From contig MU006112.1 of assembly GCA_010093705.1 (NCBI GenBank), positions 124,001 to 188,000 on the forward strand: 64,000 nt of DNA. Direction: 5' to 3'. The position numbers and the translations under genes were made by a program. This document shows, piece after piece, positions 1 to 14,325 of the stretch; positions within the stretch are counted from its first letter, which is position 1, and the number at the start of each line of letters is the position of its first letter. The notes under the pieces were generated by a model, which saw only the letters and a list, made by a program, of their open reading frames with translations, ran no database searches and was not told the DNA's origin. This DNA comes from Patellaria atrata CBS 101060 (lineage: Eukaryota).

Positions 1-186
1 GGGATTAGGACGATATATGTAGAGCGGCCGCTTGAGGAGGACTATTCGGTGGAGGATGTTGCGAAGGCGCGTCAGGAGGGCTGGGTCGACTTGTGGCTTG
101 GTGCGGATGAGGAGGGGTTTATTACTGTCGCTGAGAGATTGGGAGTTGATGTTAATCGGGAGAGAAAGCGTAGTGTGTCGCATTGA
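1..186 (+). CDS. 3' end of a haloacid dehalogenase type II (HAD superfamily) gene, partial at the window edge
   Basis: Frame 1 is open from base 1 to TGA 184-186: GIRTIYVERPLEEDYSVEDVAKARQEGWVDLWLGADEEGFITVAERLGVDVNRERKRSVSH. The GxRTIYVERPxEE...WVDLW...GF..VA.RLG pattern is typical of fungal HAD-II C-termini. Not in the ORF track. Confidence 0.75.
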   Translation, partial: GIRTIYVERPLEEDYSVEDVAKARQEGWVDLWLGADEEGFITVAERLGVDVNRERKRSVSH

Positions 187-2533
187 TGCGTATTCTTTTG
201 TTTGTGCTGTTGTGTAATAAGCTCTCCTGTTCTTCTGTCTCTTGGGATGCTTATGGTCCAGTCTTGCTACAACTTGCATATATTAATGAACGAATAATAC
301 GACTACAATAATCAATGCAGTGTCCAGTCGAAATTGCGTTCTTATTCCCGTTATCACTCTCCGCAACTTAGGATACTCACCTCCCAGGCCTACCCGCCCC
401 CTTACCATACACCCCCTATGCGATTCCCTCACCACAAGCATATAATACCAGATCAATAAACCATCTACCATATAAAAAGCACCTTTTTCGAATTACTGGC
501 CAAGTTTCACCCAAAAATATCTTGTCGTTGTCGAGTTACGTATTTTTCCATCCATTTAGAATATTCATTTTAATCCCAACCAAAATCCTAATAGAAAGTA
601 CCACCACTTTCCAACATATCCAACAAACAACACAAATTTCAGCGTAAAAGACAGTATGGGTATAATTTCAAGGCGCATAATCGGATAGAGGTATATAGGT
701 TACCATCCCAACGATCAGAAGTACATAGAACCCTATAAACCCCCTCTTCCTGGAACTGAAGCGATATCAGATATCTCAGCCAGACCTCTACTATGGCACC
801 CCACCACGCTCCGGTAGACTGGAAACGATTGAAAATATGCAATGGGATACTGTAAGACCAATGTGAATATAGATATAGATATTTCAAGTATATAATCTAT
901 CATATAAACCAGGCCCCTGAACACCATCAAAACCCAGCGAAGAAGCAAAATCACCCCTTCTATCTCGAATTCGAGAGCCATACAGTCCATAACACGCATC
1001 AACTCCCCACCAACTCTAACGAAACTGAACGACGTATTAACCGGCTGCTGAACAGCAGCCGCGGGACCCCGAAATGGCTGACCACCAAGCGTGAGAGAGA
1101 GGTGGACGTATCTAGACTCCGGTGGAAAGTTCTCGTCATCTACGCACTGATGTCGCCCCTCCTCCTCCTTGAAAGCGGGAACCCTTTTTATATAAGTTTG
1201 CTTCTTTTACCGAAACGAGCCAGCGGATCTGGGGATAGGACGGGTGTGGCATTGGAAAAACCACTTTTCGACACTTGCGCACGAGAGCGGGATGTAGATT
1301 TTACAGAAGGGGACCAGTTAGTATAGGAGAGGGTAAGACGGAAGGAAGGGGTATCGAAGAGGGTTCCCTTGGAGACCTGCGGTCCGAAGGCGATAGTTCG
1401 AGAGGGAGTGGTTCAAGAAGAGATTCCATAGAAGCAATCCATGAGGCAGTAGTCTTAAGAGGACCGAGAGGAGGGAATCCAGGGGGATCCAGCATCAGAA
1501 AGGAAGAAGATTAGAGATTCCCGTCGTCACCAACAGGACAGAAGTAAATTGAGCAATCATTACATCCCTAACTGCACTCACATCGGTGACAAAGACATTA
1601 GTCCTCAGGAACAAATATCATCCACATCCTAAATGACATTCAAACACGCCAAAAAAAACAAACAAACAAACAAACTCTGAGATCCGGAACTTTAATGCTC
1701 TGTCCCGTCAGCTTACAAGACTACCATCGAGTCGCTCCTCCCCTATTAAGACGACCGACCATTCCACCCCTACCTTATCATTCGTATAAAAATCAAATCC
1801 CTGATACTTTTCCTGCCTCTCCAAAATCCATATTTGGTAAAAAAGATAAAGCCGAGGGGTTGCCCAAAAGTTCAGCCGCCGCCATGCACCATGAGAAAGA
1901 TCTCGCGCCTTAGATACCGAAATATACAACAGAGATGGATCCTCACCAACCGGTGTCGCCAAATTAAATCCGTACCCCACCAAATTTGCAAAAGTGAAGA
2001 GAAAGAAATATGGGAGAAGATTCGATCCCAGTCTTGCTCCGAAATGCGCCGCTGTAAATGCTTAACCGATTCGTGCGTGCCGAGCGTTTCGCTCGCGTCT
2101 AAAGTAGATTTTAATGCTGCAAATCAATGTTTCATTCTATCTTGGATTCGATGCCAAAGTGCCACGGTTATGCCGGGTGTGCCCCGCCTAAGACCGTGAG
2201 AGAAAAGTTTCCGGAGAACTTGCTTTTTTTTCTTTTTTTTCGAGAAGAGATTCCGCCAAATCGGAATGGATACCCTGATGGAAGGAGCGTTATCTTTTCC
2301 TGCCGGAGATGACAAGAGAAGAGCTTGAAACAAGCTGTGAGAAATTTGTAGAGAGAACGTGGGGTAAAGGCCGTGGATCTACGGGCGCTCGAATCGAAAC
2401 ACGTAGCGCATATCAAGAGTAAAGCTTAACACATGAAACGGCCCGCAAAGGATTCATGAGAATCATCATGGTACAGCATGTGTCCTATGTGGTGGTAGTT
2501 CTCGGACCAGTCAGAGCTCCGATGTTTCGGAAA

Positions 2534-3338
2534 TCAGAGAATTACGCATTTGCCTCCTTTGCTTCTTGAACCCGAAGCATGCTTCTCTCTTCCTGCGCTT
2601 CGAGGATATCTGTCGGGGTTTTTGGTTCGTCCCTCGCGGGTCCCCTTCTCGTTGTAATAACCACTGGTGCCTCGTCGTTCAGATGACCGCGATGATTGTT
2701 GCCTTTGGCGTCTCAATTGACGAACTACGTCGTAGAAGGCCTTCTCGACATTGACACAATTTTTCGCTGAAGCCTCAACAAAATCGCATCCTAGCTCTCG
2801 AGCTAGTGCGCTCCCTTCTTGAGTTGAAACTTCTCTTTCGGTTACTCTGTCACACTTGTTTCCGACTAGCATGACAGGTGCGGGGCCGTAGGAGCCAGAT
2901 CCAGTGGAGACAGAGCTTAGCGGTGATCCTGGATAAGTGGGAGAACCGGAATTTGAGGAGTCTTTTACACGCTGAATCTGATTGTGGAATCTTTGGATGC
3001 GAGTAAACGACGAGCGAGACGATATACTGTATACTAGCACAAAGCCCTCACCGTCTCTAATCCACTGATCTCGCAATGCTGTATACTCTTCTTGGCCAGC
3101 TGTGTCGAGTACTTCCAGCATACATGATTGTGAATCTATCTGCACCTGTTTGCGGTAGGAATCCTCGATTGTAGGATCATAAGTTTCCACGAAGTGATTC
3201 AAACATAACTGCGATCTAGGTTAGTCCTGCAGCCGAGTAGTTGGTGCTTCGGGGACAAACTTGTATAGTCAAGGCAGTCTTCCCAACTCCACCATCACCT
3301 AATACCACCAGTTTGTACAGAGTCATTTTCCCCGCCAT
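2534..3338 (-). CDS. ras2: Ras small GTPase, Ras2/RasB type
   Basis: Exon 1 3338-3261 ([26 protein letters not shown]), intron 3260-3209 (GTTTGT..CTAAC..CAG), exon 2 with [25 protein letters not shown] and CAAX box CVIL. Confidence 0.97.
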
Positions 3339-6300
3339 ATTGAAGGGTTTGGGGGTCGCTCGAGGATTCTGATGCTTGTGGTTTTACAGATAGTGTAATA
3401 GAAGCTCGGAAGGGTAAGCTCGGGAAAAAGGGTGGATAAGGGTCGGATGAAAAAGCAGACGGGCTCGTACGGCGGAAAACGGGGACTGAGGACGAGTATT
3501 GATGTAACGTATAATAAGCTGACAAGTAAATGCAGCACGACGTAGGCAGGAGTGGTGATGGGATGGTAGGTTTGTGGCTCAAGCTGCACGGTGGGCGAGA
3601 GAAGTTAATAGATGCACAAAAAGGTGCGTGCAACAACGCGAGATGCGTAAGCGTCGTTCGGATGGTCGCACCTCAGTATATCGCTTCTAGATAGGACAGC
3701 GTTGATCCTGTCCCGTTCCTTGGGCTGGGCTTCCTTCTGCACGTGGGATCTCCCGCACACGTGAAAGATGGGTAGAGGGTTTGGACGGGTTGGATTATCA
3801 CAAGTCTCGAATCTGTGACTTTTCCCCGACGTGGACCAAGGGCAGAGAGAGGCGTGTGTGTCAAAATGCGTACCCGCGTGGGGGTGAGCGATTGGCTGGT
3901 TCTTGAAGGAAGCAACGAATGGGATGGAATGAGCGGGAAGGATAGAGGGATAGCGGCGCGGAGGAGGTTGATAGTTGTTTTTTCTTCCTCCCACTTTCCA
4001 CAGATGGGAGAAAGGAAAAGTAAGGGCGGGGGAAAAAGTAGTTTGAGGTGTTATAGATGGTGAGAAGGTAAAGGGAGCAAGAAGAGGAGCAAGCAATCAA
4101 GAAGGCGAAAGCTGAGTTGATGAGAGATGGGGCAAGAACTTTTCAGAAAGACGCAGATATGGAGCGAATACTGGGGTTTTTGCAGAGTGAGGCCTGCGTC
4201 GATTGCACTAGAAAGTATAGCTTAGGTCCGCAAGTGGACCACCCAGCCTAACCCAGGTTCCAGCTACTCTGGGTCGCTGCTTCTGTCTTCAGGTTCTTTT
4301 CCTGCCTCCATGCTTGTTGCTAAGGTAAGTGCTGACTGGTTGCTCTTTCTGTCTCTGCACAAGGCCACAAGCTGCGTGCTGCAAGAGGGGCAAAAGTTGC
4401 AAGCCCACTTTCTCACACGCCTACCTTATTAGACGCCCACCTCACACATTATTACCCCATCATGGATAGAGCGTAAAGGTAAAGATACAACTACCCAGTA
4501 GGTAAGGTAAAATTCTTCGGCAAGGTAAGACTTACACCTTCCGCCGTCATTCCATTGGCCATTCATACCAAAACTGACTTATAGAGGTTTAGTCTTATGG
4601 AGTGAGGGAGTAGCTTTCTTTACGAAAAGCGGCTAGTGTACTGTTGAGTACAGTACGACTTTGCAAGCCGGATTCAAGCCAATTCAAGCCAGACGAGTTG
4701 CCAACCTGGAACCCACAGCCGCCTGTGATGCGCAAGCGTAGAGGCGTACAGGTGCGTGCGAGCAAGCGTGTCTGCGGTGTCAAGCTTAACCTAAGTTAAA
4801 GCCATCGTGAATCGTTTTACACCACCACCGAAAACCCTTGCGAGTCTCTGAGAGCTCTCCTGAGGTGCTGTACGGTTTTCAGCAGGATACCTTCCGTCAT
4901 ACCTGACCCTTTTTCAATGCTAACATTGACAACAGGGACATATAGATGAACATCAATCAACACTGAGTTGTTGCAAAATATGCTCTCTTTGACTATTATA
5001 GACTTCCAAGAAAGTTAAGGGACAGGCCTGGCCAGCCTGGTCTAAGGATTACTCTATATGTCATAGTGGCCGGAAAATATTCGCAAGGAAGCGTTGTTTT
5101 CTTCTCTCTGTCGTACGACGGTACAAAAGGTACTGTACGATAGATCTCGGATGGATAAAATATACTGAACGTTGAGATTGGGCCTCTCTTCTCGTACCCG
5201 GCCGTTGACACTGAATGCTGCAGCTCACCCTGTTTATTCGTATATTGAACAATGAGAAGATATCTCCGTCCTTGGAAAAGGTGAGTGAGTGCTAGAGTGG
5301 AACACAGAATGCTTGCGTGATGTAAGGTATGTTGTTGACTTTGTTTACACAAAGGTCTAACCGACAGTTGGACAGTGACCTTACCGAGTACCACGAGAAG
5401 GGTGACGAGGTGGCCTTCATGAGCTTTTTGCAACCTCATGCAAACAATTGATTCTTCTTTGTATCTCTATTATCACGGCATGCTGCACGAGTTATTAGAC
5501 TTGTAATCTCTGTACACCATCTTAGGCAAGTAGTCACCCTCCCTATGGATCTACTTTGCCCTTGTGGGATGTAGATAATTTCCATTACAGAGTTCCCTCG
5601 TGGCGTGTAAAACCCGTGAAAATCACCATCGAGGTCATGGTTAGACGTTGCAGACGCCGGACAAAGTCAAAAAGACTTTTGACGATTTGAATAGTGGTTT
5701 CCGAAATCCGAATCGCAACTCAAATATTCCACCGTAAATGGACGAAAAGCTAACAGATGAAAACGAAGAACAGTCATCCTAGGGGGCTAGAGTTAAACAT
5801 ATTCACGGAACTCTATACAAACTTCTTCCTAGCTTATTATACTAACACTTCGGTCCCTCTACCCAGAAGCTTCCTACATGGACAAACCGAAGCTTACTAC
5901 GGTCGAATTCATGACAGTCATTTGTTAGACGCTTTTTTCTTAGTTAAAAATGATGTCGCTGAACTTTGACAAGGGACGTAATCCTGAGATTTCAAATTTG
6001 AGTTTTCTCCTCAGTTATCCCATCCTTCATCCTCATCCTTCCTCGCTACCTTCTGATGGGAGGATGGCCTCAAAAGCAACAAAACATTATCATCCTGCCC
6101 GCTGTTTGCGGTTCGATCAACATTAACTACTCTGTGCTTCCTTTGAGTTCTTATTACCGTGTGATAAGACTTTTATTCCGCTTCTTTTTCTGAATTCCCT
6201 TCTACTCCGCTCCTGCATTTTAACCATTCCCGACAGCACGGTACTGGACGCGCTGGGCAGAATCCTTCCTGCATCGTTATGCTTCATAGGCTCAATCGAG

Positions 6301-8929
6301 AGGATTTTAGCAGCCCTGTCCAGCAAAAGTCCGTGAGCTAAAAAGACGGGTTGAAATTACGTGCAACACGCCTATCAGCACCCGAAAGCTTTTGATTTTA
6401 TCTAGAATTCTCTTAACTCTGAACTTTCATTCTCAACGGACCGCCGCAGGATGATGAAATACGTAACATGGTAACAGCCCCCGAGGACAACTAACGGAAC
6501 GGGTCGCAGAACATGACACAGCGCCACGGTGTAACCAGACTCGCTCTTCGAATTCTTCCTCAGTCCTCACTACTGTTGCTCAGTCCCTCAGCAAGCACTA
6601 CTTCTCACAACAACTCTCTGGGTGATACAACCTGCTACTTACCGTCTAATGCCCAACGCATAATTCGTCCCGGTCATGCTGCGATTCGTTAAAAAGTGGA
6701 GCGTTTCCCATGTGCTCGAAAGTCGAAACAACTTCGTCCAGAAACAGAATACTTGGTCACATCTTCTGACTCGCGGGAAGAAGAGGAGCATCGGGGAGCA
6801 CTGCAACGAAAAAAAAAGGCTATCTGCATGAGGACTGCATTCCCCCGATTTCTCAGCCCTCGCATACCCAACTATTTAGTGCAAGCCACTTGATATCATC
6901 AAACTGCTTGAAGCGTTTTGAAGAACATTTCTCAGTTTTTCACATCATTTCTTGTTTCACTCTGATATTGTATTGAGACAGTCTGCTGGGCTACCCGATG
7001 AGGTGAATCTCCCGCAAACATTGACCAGCATGAGAACCGTCACCTTTCCCCAGATATTTCGGAGTCCAGATGAAGGGTAATACATCCCCACTCCTCAGTT
7101 ATCCCCACCTCCCAAACCCAACCATCTGTGACAGTTGACTTCGGTAGGTACACTATCAAAAAACGGTGCATGGCCTTGAATGAAAGTCAGCGAGGGGTGC
7201 TGCTATTTTACTAGCAGTACATCCGCGAGCTGGGCGTGGAGCCCAAACCACGGCCCGCCAACCCCTCGACGGTCTGATTCGTTCATCATCACTAAACTCT
7301 TCCTAGCCATACTGTGTAAGGGAAGGCCTTAGGGAAAGGCACGCCGCTTTGTGGCTCTGCCGAGGTGATGTGGGATCACGGCAGGATTCCGACGCTTTGT
7401 TGATATCTGTTTCTTTGTTGCTTCACCTTCTGCAATTGAGGACAAAAACAGATAAATGCTTTCGACTTTGAAACAGAAGCATGGAGCAGTCACAATATAT
7501 CACGGTCTCGGAGCACAGGATGCAACTCTGCCATCATTATTAATTGTAGATGCCTACATCAACGAGCAGCGAGATCTCGCTTGGATGCCGAGTCCGACGC
7601 AGAGCGCAGATCAACGCCTTTGACCAGGATGGAAATTGGGACATTCCTTCTCGAAATTCGTGCAAACAAAAAAAAAAACAAAAGGAACGGGATTTCTAAA
7701 CCTTATCTAAGTCGAGAATTTCATCCGTTGAGTGGGGATATGGTTGGTCAGTCGTTGCTTATATCTGCGAATCTTATGCATACGGTGCAGCTTTCGTACA
7801 GTACCAAGAGTGAACAAATCACAACACTACTGAGATACTTGTCGGTACTAAAGGATATGCATGTAGAAGAAGGTACCAGTCCCAGTAGCCAAGATGTAAC
7901 GGTACGAAGCAGCGATAGCCCCTGGGAGCTTCTCTGCTACCAAGTAGCAACTGCTGATGAGAGCCCAAGACAGTCAACGTCTCTTCGCTCCCTCTCGCCC
8001 CAAAATGCAGGCCATGCATTTCAATTTCCAGCAGCTCTGAACCCTCGTTGAGATTCTCGACCCCGCAGGTAACTGAAAGCACGTGAGGATTCGCTCTGAT
8101 CACCGAAAGATGCTCTCTAGTCTCTACTGACATCCAAAGATGAGAACGGACCTCTCCCCGTCTCCGACGAGATTCTGCTAAAACCATTCGTGCTATCTTT
8201 GCACTTTTAAACGAAGGATCGGACAACCATGCCGTTGACGCCTAAGCGGGAGACGGGCCGTGCCAACTGTGGACATGGGCCTGGAATTGAGCCGGAGGGT
8301 TGAATTGGATCGTCGAGAAAACAAGAAACTCAACGTGTACGGGAAGGAATCGACAAACGGGTTCCAGAACGGCTGTAGAATCGGTCCGGGAACACGCAAC
8401 CCCTTTGAGCTTAATTTGTTTGTTAAGTTTCTTCCTGCTGTTCCTACTTTTTCTTTTACCGTGCCGCGTTGCATACAATATTTCGTTTTCAACACAATTT
8501 TGTTGGAAGAAAACGTTCAATATCGGAATTCAGAAACAGTTCGGACGTTTCAACCAGAACTACCGTCTTTTGCAGTCTGCACAGAGAGGACTTGAAAAGC
8601 AGGGGAAGTAAGAGTTGTATTAGCCTCTTGTAACAACAGGCGGCATTTCTGCTATCTTGCCAGCTCACTGGCTCTGGATACATTACTTCGTTGAAACCAA
8701 GACATTCGGTCCTTCCGAGTACCAGGCATAGTACCCTCGATATTACCCTTAATCGCCGTCGGGCAGAACACATCAGCATGCACCCTTCCATCACCGTTGT
8801 AATGGTATGCACGGTGGCAGTCTCTGTACATTGCTACAACTATCGGATGTCCTCACGACTTCACCAATGGTAAGTATAGATGAAGAAAATTAACAGATTC
8901 TTTATCCATATTAAGACTCATCCGTCCAA

Positions 8930-11203
8930 TTACAACTTCGCTCTCTCTTCAGTGGCCTTGTGTAGATCCTTTCCTTTCTGCAAGAAATACGCTTTAATCT
9001 TCTTGCGTGCTATATCAACAGCCTCTGCGTCTTCAATGGTCGTTGGCACCTGCACCTCTTTCTCAAACTCACCGTGTACGGCATTCTCCACGAGTTCTCT
9101 TAATACCCGCCGCAGAGTTTTGCCACTCCTCGTCTTAGGGATCATACCTTTGCCCTGGATCATACCGCCCAAGCTGGCAATGGCACCAATCTGCTCTCGA
9201 ACGGCTTTTTGCACCTCCTTGAACAATTTCTCGTCAGGCACGGCCGCATCCGGATGATCTTGGTGCGTGAGCGTCACGAACGCAAAGGGAAGATGTCCCT
9301 TGAGCGCATCTGGGATGCCAACGACGCAGCATTCTGCAATGTCAGCATGTGAAGTTATAGCTTGCTCGATAGCGCCTAATTTACACGTCAGTATGGCGCG
9401 CAGCCGCGTTCGTTGCGCAATCGTGGCAATATATCTCACCTGTGCTGAAGCGATGCGCAGCCACGTTTATTATGTCGTCCGAGCGAGACATGACGTGCAC
9501 GTAGCCGTCTGCATCAATCATACCTGCATCTCCCGTGTCGATCCATTGCCCTGAAAATCTCTTGAGATAGCCCTTGTAGAAGCGTTGTTCATCTTGCCAC
9601 AGCGTTGTCAGCCCAGTGGGTGCAAGGGGTATTCCGAGCACGATGTTCCCCATGGAGCCCCGCGAGACTTCTTTGCCTTCATCGTCTACTATCCTCACGT
9701 CGAAGCCAGGCATTGGCTTACCAGCGGATCCGGGCTTTACGGGCAGCGGAGGATACCGTCTGGATGACTTGAAGTCTCGTCCTGCATCTGGAGACAGTGC
9801 GATCCCAGAGATGGGTGAGCCGCTTTCGGAGCTCCACCAGTTGTCGATCACAGTGGCACCCCGTCCGCCATGTTTTTGCAGCAGATTTTGATACATCTTC
9901 ACGATGCTTGGCTCACTTCTCTCACCCGCGAGAAATATCGCTCTGAGCGTCTTGAGACCCCCACGCTTACCAACCGCTTCAAAAAAACTATTTTCACCAT
10001 CGTCTCTCCGTATGGCTCGTAGTGCCGTTGGAGCTGTGCTGAGGACATTTACTTTGTATTCTTCGACGATTCTCCAGAACGTGCTTGCGTCAGGTGTGTC
10101 GACTGGTTTGCCTTCGAACAGAACCGTAGTAGCGCCGGCGAGTAACGGTGCGTAAAGGATGTAGCTATGACCAACGACCCAACCAATGTCTGACGCACAG
10201 AACATAACGTCTCCAGGTCCGTGTATACCGAACAAATAATTTATGGACAAATTTAGGCCTACTGCGTGGCCTCCAGCTTCACGTAATACGCCTTTCGGTA
10301 AACCGGTCGTCCCTGCAATTAGTGTCAGCTCGAGTCTCTCCTGATGATCCGAGCATGGTATCTCTACCGCTTGTGTAAATGATGTAGACGCCGTCATTCG
10401 ACTTCACGGGCACCGCATCTGCTTTGAGGCCCCTATTCTTCGCACTCTTCACCAGCCGTTGCCAGTTCCTTTCCCCTTTGGACTTGTCGATATTCCATCT
10501 CAACTGGTCTCGCTGCCACACGAGTACCTTGCTGGGCTTGAAGCTACTCTTCTCAATCGCACTCTCTATCAACTTCTGATACCCCATTGGGCCCTTGGTA
10601 CCCTCAATACCGCAGGATGCGGTCAAAACCGCTCGGGGGCCCGATGCCTCAATGCGCTGCGCCAACGCCGGCGGAGAAAATCCACCAAAGACGACCGCAT
10701 GAATGGCACCTAAGCGGTTGATGGCCAGCATTGCGAATAGGGCTGCCGGTATCATCGGCACTGTCAAGTTCATCAGCTTATTTCTGGGTAGGAGCTACTT
10801 TGCCTCTGAACCTGACATCCTTACTGTATATCAGCACTACATCTCCCTTCTTCACACCCTCTTCCTTTAACACGCCCGCCAGCGTTTCCACTTCATCTAG
10901 CAGTTGTGCATATGTGAACTTTTGCTTTGACCCAGACACGGGGCTGTCCCAGACGATGGCCGTAGCGTCGCCGTGGCCTGCTACGACGTGCCTGTCTACG
11001 CAGTTGAAGCAGGTGCTAAGTTCGCCATCTGGGAACCAGCTCCAGTGCGGATGTGTAGTACCGTCTGTAAGCCTCTTGGTCGTCCGGGAAAGCGCACGAG
11101 AGGGTGATTTGTGCCATGTGAGTTGCTCGGCTTGCTGGAGCCAAAAAGCTTCGGGATTTTCGAGCGAGGTGGTGTAGACTTGGTCTTGGATGTGGGGCGG
11201 CAT
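8930..11203 (-). CDS. Short-chain acyl-CoA (propionyl-CoA) synthetase, PrpE/ACSS3-like, with C-terminal PTS1 (AKL)
   Basis: Introns 10824-10761, 10367-10313 and 9439-9376. Spliced product has WFPDGELSTCFNCVDRHV, the AMP-binding YTSGTTGLPKGV, SDIGWVVGHSY, DNWWSSESG and PKTRSGK. An upstream in-frame ATG lies at 11524 (see findings). Confidence 0.93.
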
Positions 11204-13088
11204 CGTGGTGGTATCGGGGACGGTAAGGTCGTCTGTCGTTGGATTATGCTTGGGAGGTAGGTGTTCTACATTCTCTGATGCAATTGACCACCAGTGTCTA
11301 GTTTTGGGATGACTTTTGCGAGTTTGTTTGTAGATATTACGTCGGTGATGGCTCGGCCGGGTCAACGGGCGTTTCTCCAGAGCTCCAGCCTCCCGTGAAC
11401 CGGGGAAGCTCGACAACGACCTGAAAGCACCTGATTGCGGGGAGATCTGCAACACGCGACAACTCCTGCTCGCGTTTATATTCGCTATGGTGGAGTAATT
11501 TTTGAACCTTTTCAACACACGCATTTTATTTTCTAACTTCACGTATCGACCATAAGCTACAGTTCCAGTCTTCCTATTAACATGAGCTCTTTTATTCCCC
11601 TCAGAGCGATATCGTCCACCTTGACACGTTCTCGTAGATGTCATACTCCGTCCACGTATCTCTTCAACTTCAAATCCTTAACCGCATCACCAACAATCGC
11701 AGCAATGCCCTTACAACCACGAACCTCCATCACGTTCAAGAATACTACTAAATCCACATCCGTCATATTCTTGACATCTCACCCACCCACCATCCCTCTC
11801 CCACATAACCCGCAAACCCCCCATTCCCTCCTCTTCCCCACGCCCCCATCTCTTATCACCCCCATCCCCTTATCACTCCTCCCCCCCCTTCCTCCCCCCT
11901 CCTCCCAAAGTAATAGCAACCCTCACGTCCCCCCCAACCATATCCATCGAATATCTCCGTCTTCCGCCTCCCTCTCCAATTCCCATTTCCCCAATCTTCC
12001 CTCGGGAATCTCCTCCCCGCCCCCCACGGAAAAAGCCCCCTGAAACACGACAAATCCACGCTGAGTCAGTTGTTGCGGCACAGCACCTCCCCAACTCAAA
12101 GTCTCAACCGGCGCAAATAGCCTTCGTTTACTGGATGCTTCCAGTACTACCTTAGTGAGCCGTTACGGCGGGATGTCCCACGACCCCTTCACTCGGGGAT
12201 TAGTTCCACTTTCGTGTGGCCTCTGACATTTGACCGCACCGGGGTGACTGACGATTGGTGATGATTTTGAGTCTGGGTCTGGGATATGGGTGCGTATGTA
12301 TGTATTTGGAATTGGGATATGTCAAACCGAAGACTCCATGTGTCACAAGCGGCACGGCTCTTCCATACCTCAATCCCACAGTAAGAAACCGCGAGAAGAT
12401 CCGCGCCGATGACATAGGGCACCTTTGTGGCATGCAACTCTCTACAGACAGTACACGTCGCTTACAGTATAGAGTCCATCGCTTATTTCATAATTTCTTC
12501 TGACAAATGTGGCCTATAAGGTATGCATAAACCAGCCCTGCTAAATCCCTATTGTATAAGCTACCCTGCTTACCTACATGCACAACACCCGACGCGGTAA
12601 GTCGCCTACAGCAGAATCATGTCGGTAGTTATCTCTATCACACTCCCTCCCCCCCCGAATTTCCCCTATTTGCGTGTGTAGGATCTCGCAATCGGGATCG
12701 GGGAAGCCTCACTTTTTCACCCGCGGCGCGGGACTTACGGGAGGTCCGAGTCCGACTTGCCAGTTCGTAACCACAGTGCAGTCACTGTGACTTGAATATG
12801 CACATTCCCACGTTTCTCGTTTCCGGATTGCTTACAAGGGATCCGAAAGCATGGACGATGGGATACCAACGGAAGCGGTGTGATAGGATCGATGTCAAAA
12901 GTACAGCAACTCTCAGTGATCCAAAATTCTAAGACCCGCATGTCGGGTCCAGCAACCATGATTCCCCGGTTTTACATCCAGTGAGCAAATGTCTCAGACC
13001 CATCATCCAGAAATAATAGGGTTGGTAATGACTAACGCACACCGCATCTCCGCCTCAAACCCCCCGGGTATCCCATCCACCTTCCACA

Positions 13089-14325
13089 TCACCTTCTCTT
13101 CGCCGCCGCCGCTGCCTTCTCCTCCGCCGCCCTCATGGCCGCCCTCGCGCTCCTGCTCCCGCCCAACTTCGGCCCCTTAGGCCTCTCCTCTCCCTTAGCA
13201 ACCTTACCCACGTTCGGCGGGAGCGGAGCCTGCTTCCTCACATTCTTCGCCGCGAGCTGATCGAGAAACTCGCGACGGAATTGTTCCGCCACACGATCAT
13301 CGTTATCCGTATTGTTGACGGCCGCGGGGTCTGGGTCAGGGACGGGGGAACCGTCATCGTAGAGCTCGAGGCGGTTCTCGCGCAGGACTTCCTCGACCAG
13401 CTTGTCGCGCGCGACGTCGGCGCTGTTGCGACGCTTGCGGCTGCGGAAGGGTTTTCCATCTTTGCCTAGGCGGGTGGGATGCTTTCGATGGGTGTCTTCT
13501 GCTTCGTCGACGCCGGTTTCGAGACGTCGCTTTGCGGCTTCGGTGCGCGCGATGTTTTGCTGTACCGCCGTGTCTCCTAGGTCGACTTCTTGTAGTTTGC
13601 CCAATGTGGCTGGTTGGCGCTGTCTTCCTGTCTCCGGCACCCCGATCCCGGTGTTCGATTCGGTGGTTGTGAGTGCAGATGAGGTCGTGTTCGTGTGTTC
13701 TGATGTGTCGAGTTTCCCAGCACGTAGTTCAGCCAGCTTGGAGTCTACATATGCCATCCTTGACTCGTCAGCCTGTGTACTCCATCATGACCCAAAAAGA
13801 CCAAATAAATGACTAAAGCAAAACCACTCCTCCTCCCCCATCCTCCATAAACACCCTCAACAACGACCCAAAAGAAAAAGAGGAAACCACTCACATATGC
13901 CTATCCTTCACCTCCCCTACCCCCGCTAGTCCCGTCTGCACGACGAACCTCCCCGTCGCCCTCTCCACAAGTTGCGCCTCCTGTTCCACCTCCTCGACCA
14001 GCGCGACCGCATCTGATCCCGGATCCCGCGCACTCCCACCCTCACTCCCAGCTTTAAACTCGATCCCCCTCCACCTCTGCCTCAGCTGTTTCCTACGCCG
14101 CAGCAATTCCACCACGGAGTGATCCGCAGACTCCCCCTCATAATCCTCTTCTCCCTGTCCTCTCGAATCTACCGCTGCTGATTCTGCGCCGGAGATCGAG
14201 GGCGGTGGTGACCGTTCGTCTGCGCGCTTGCGGAACACTTTACGTCGTTTCGCGGGGCGGAACGTGGGTTCGATATATTCTGGAGGAGCGGGTGACGCCG
14301 TGGACACGATATCCGTGTCCGTCAT
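13089..14325 (-). CDS. Tls1 / C9orf78 (Hep_59 family) splicing-associated factor
   Basis: Exon 1 14325-13895 (FRPAKRRKVFRKR...GIEF...RFVVQTG), intron 13894-13759, join gives DRHMMAYVDSKL. Downstream GKLQEVDLG, RDKLVEEVLRENRL and KGPKLGGSRSARAAMR are characteristic of this family. Confidence 0.85.

Noticed and set aside
639..1514. Short overlapping ORFs downstream of ras2
   Set aside because: No motifs or consistent splice model; likely UTR or intergenic sequence.
11582..12043. 153-aa Pro/Ser-rich ORF
   Set aside because: Low-complexity by-product of a C-rich intergenic tract with no motif.
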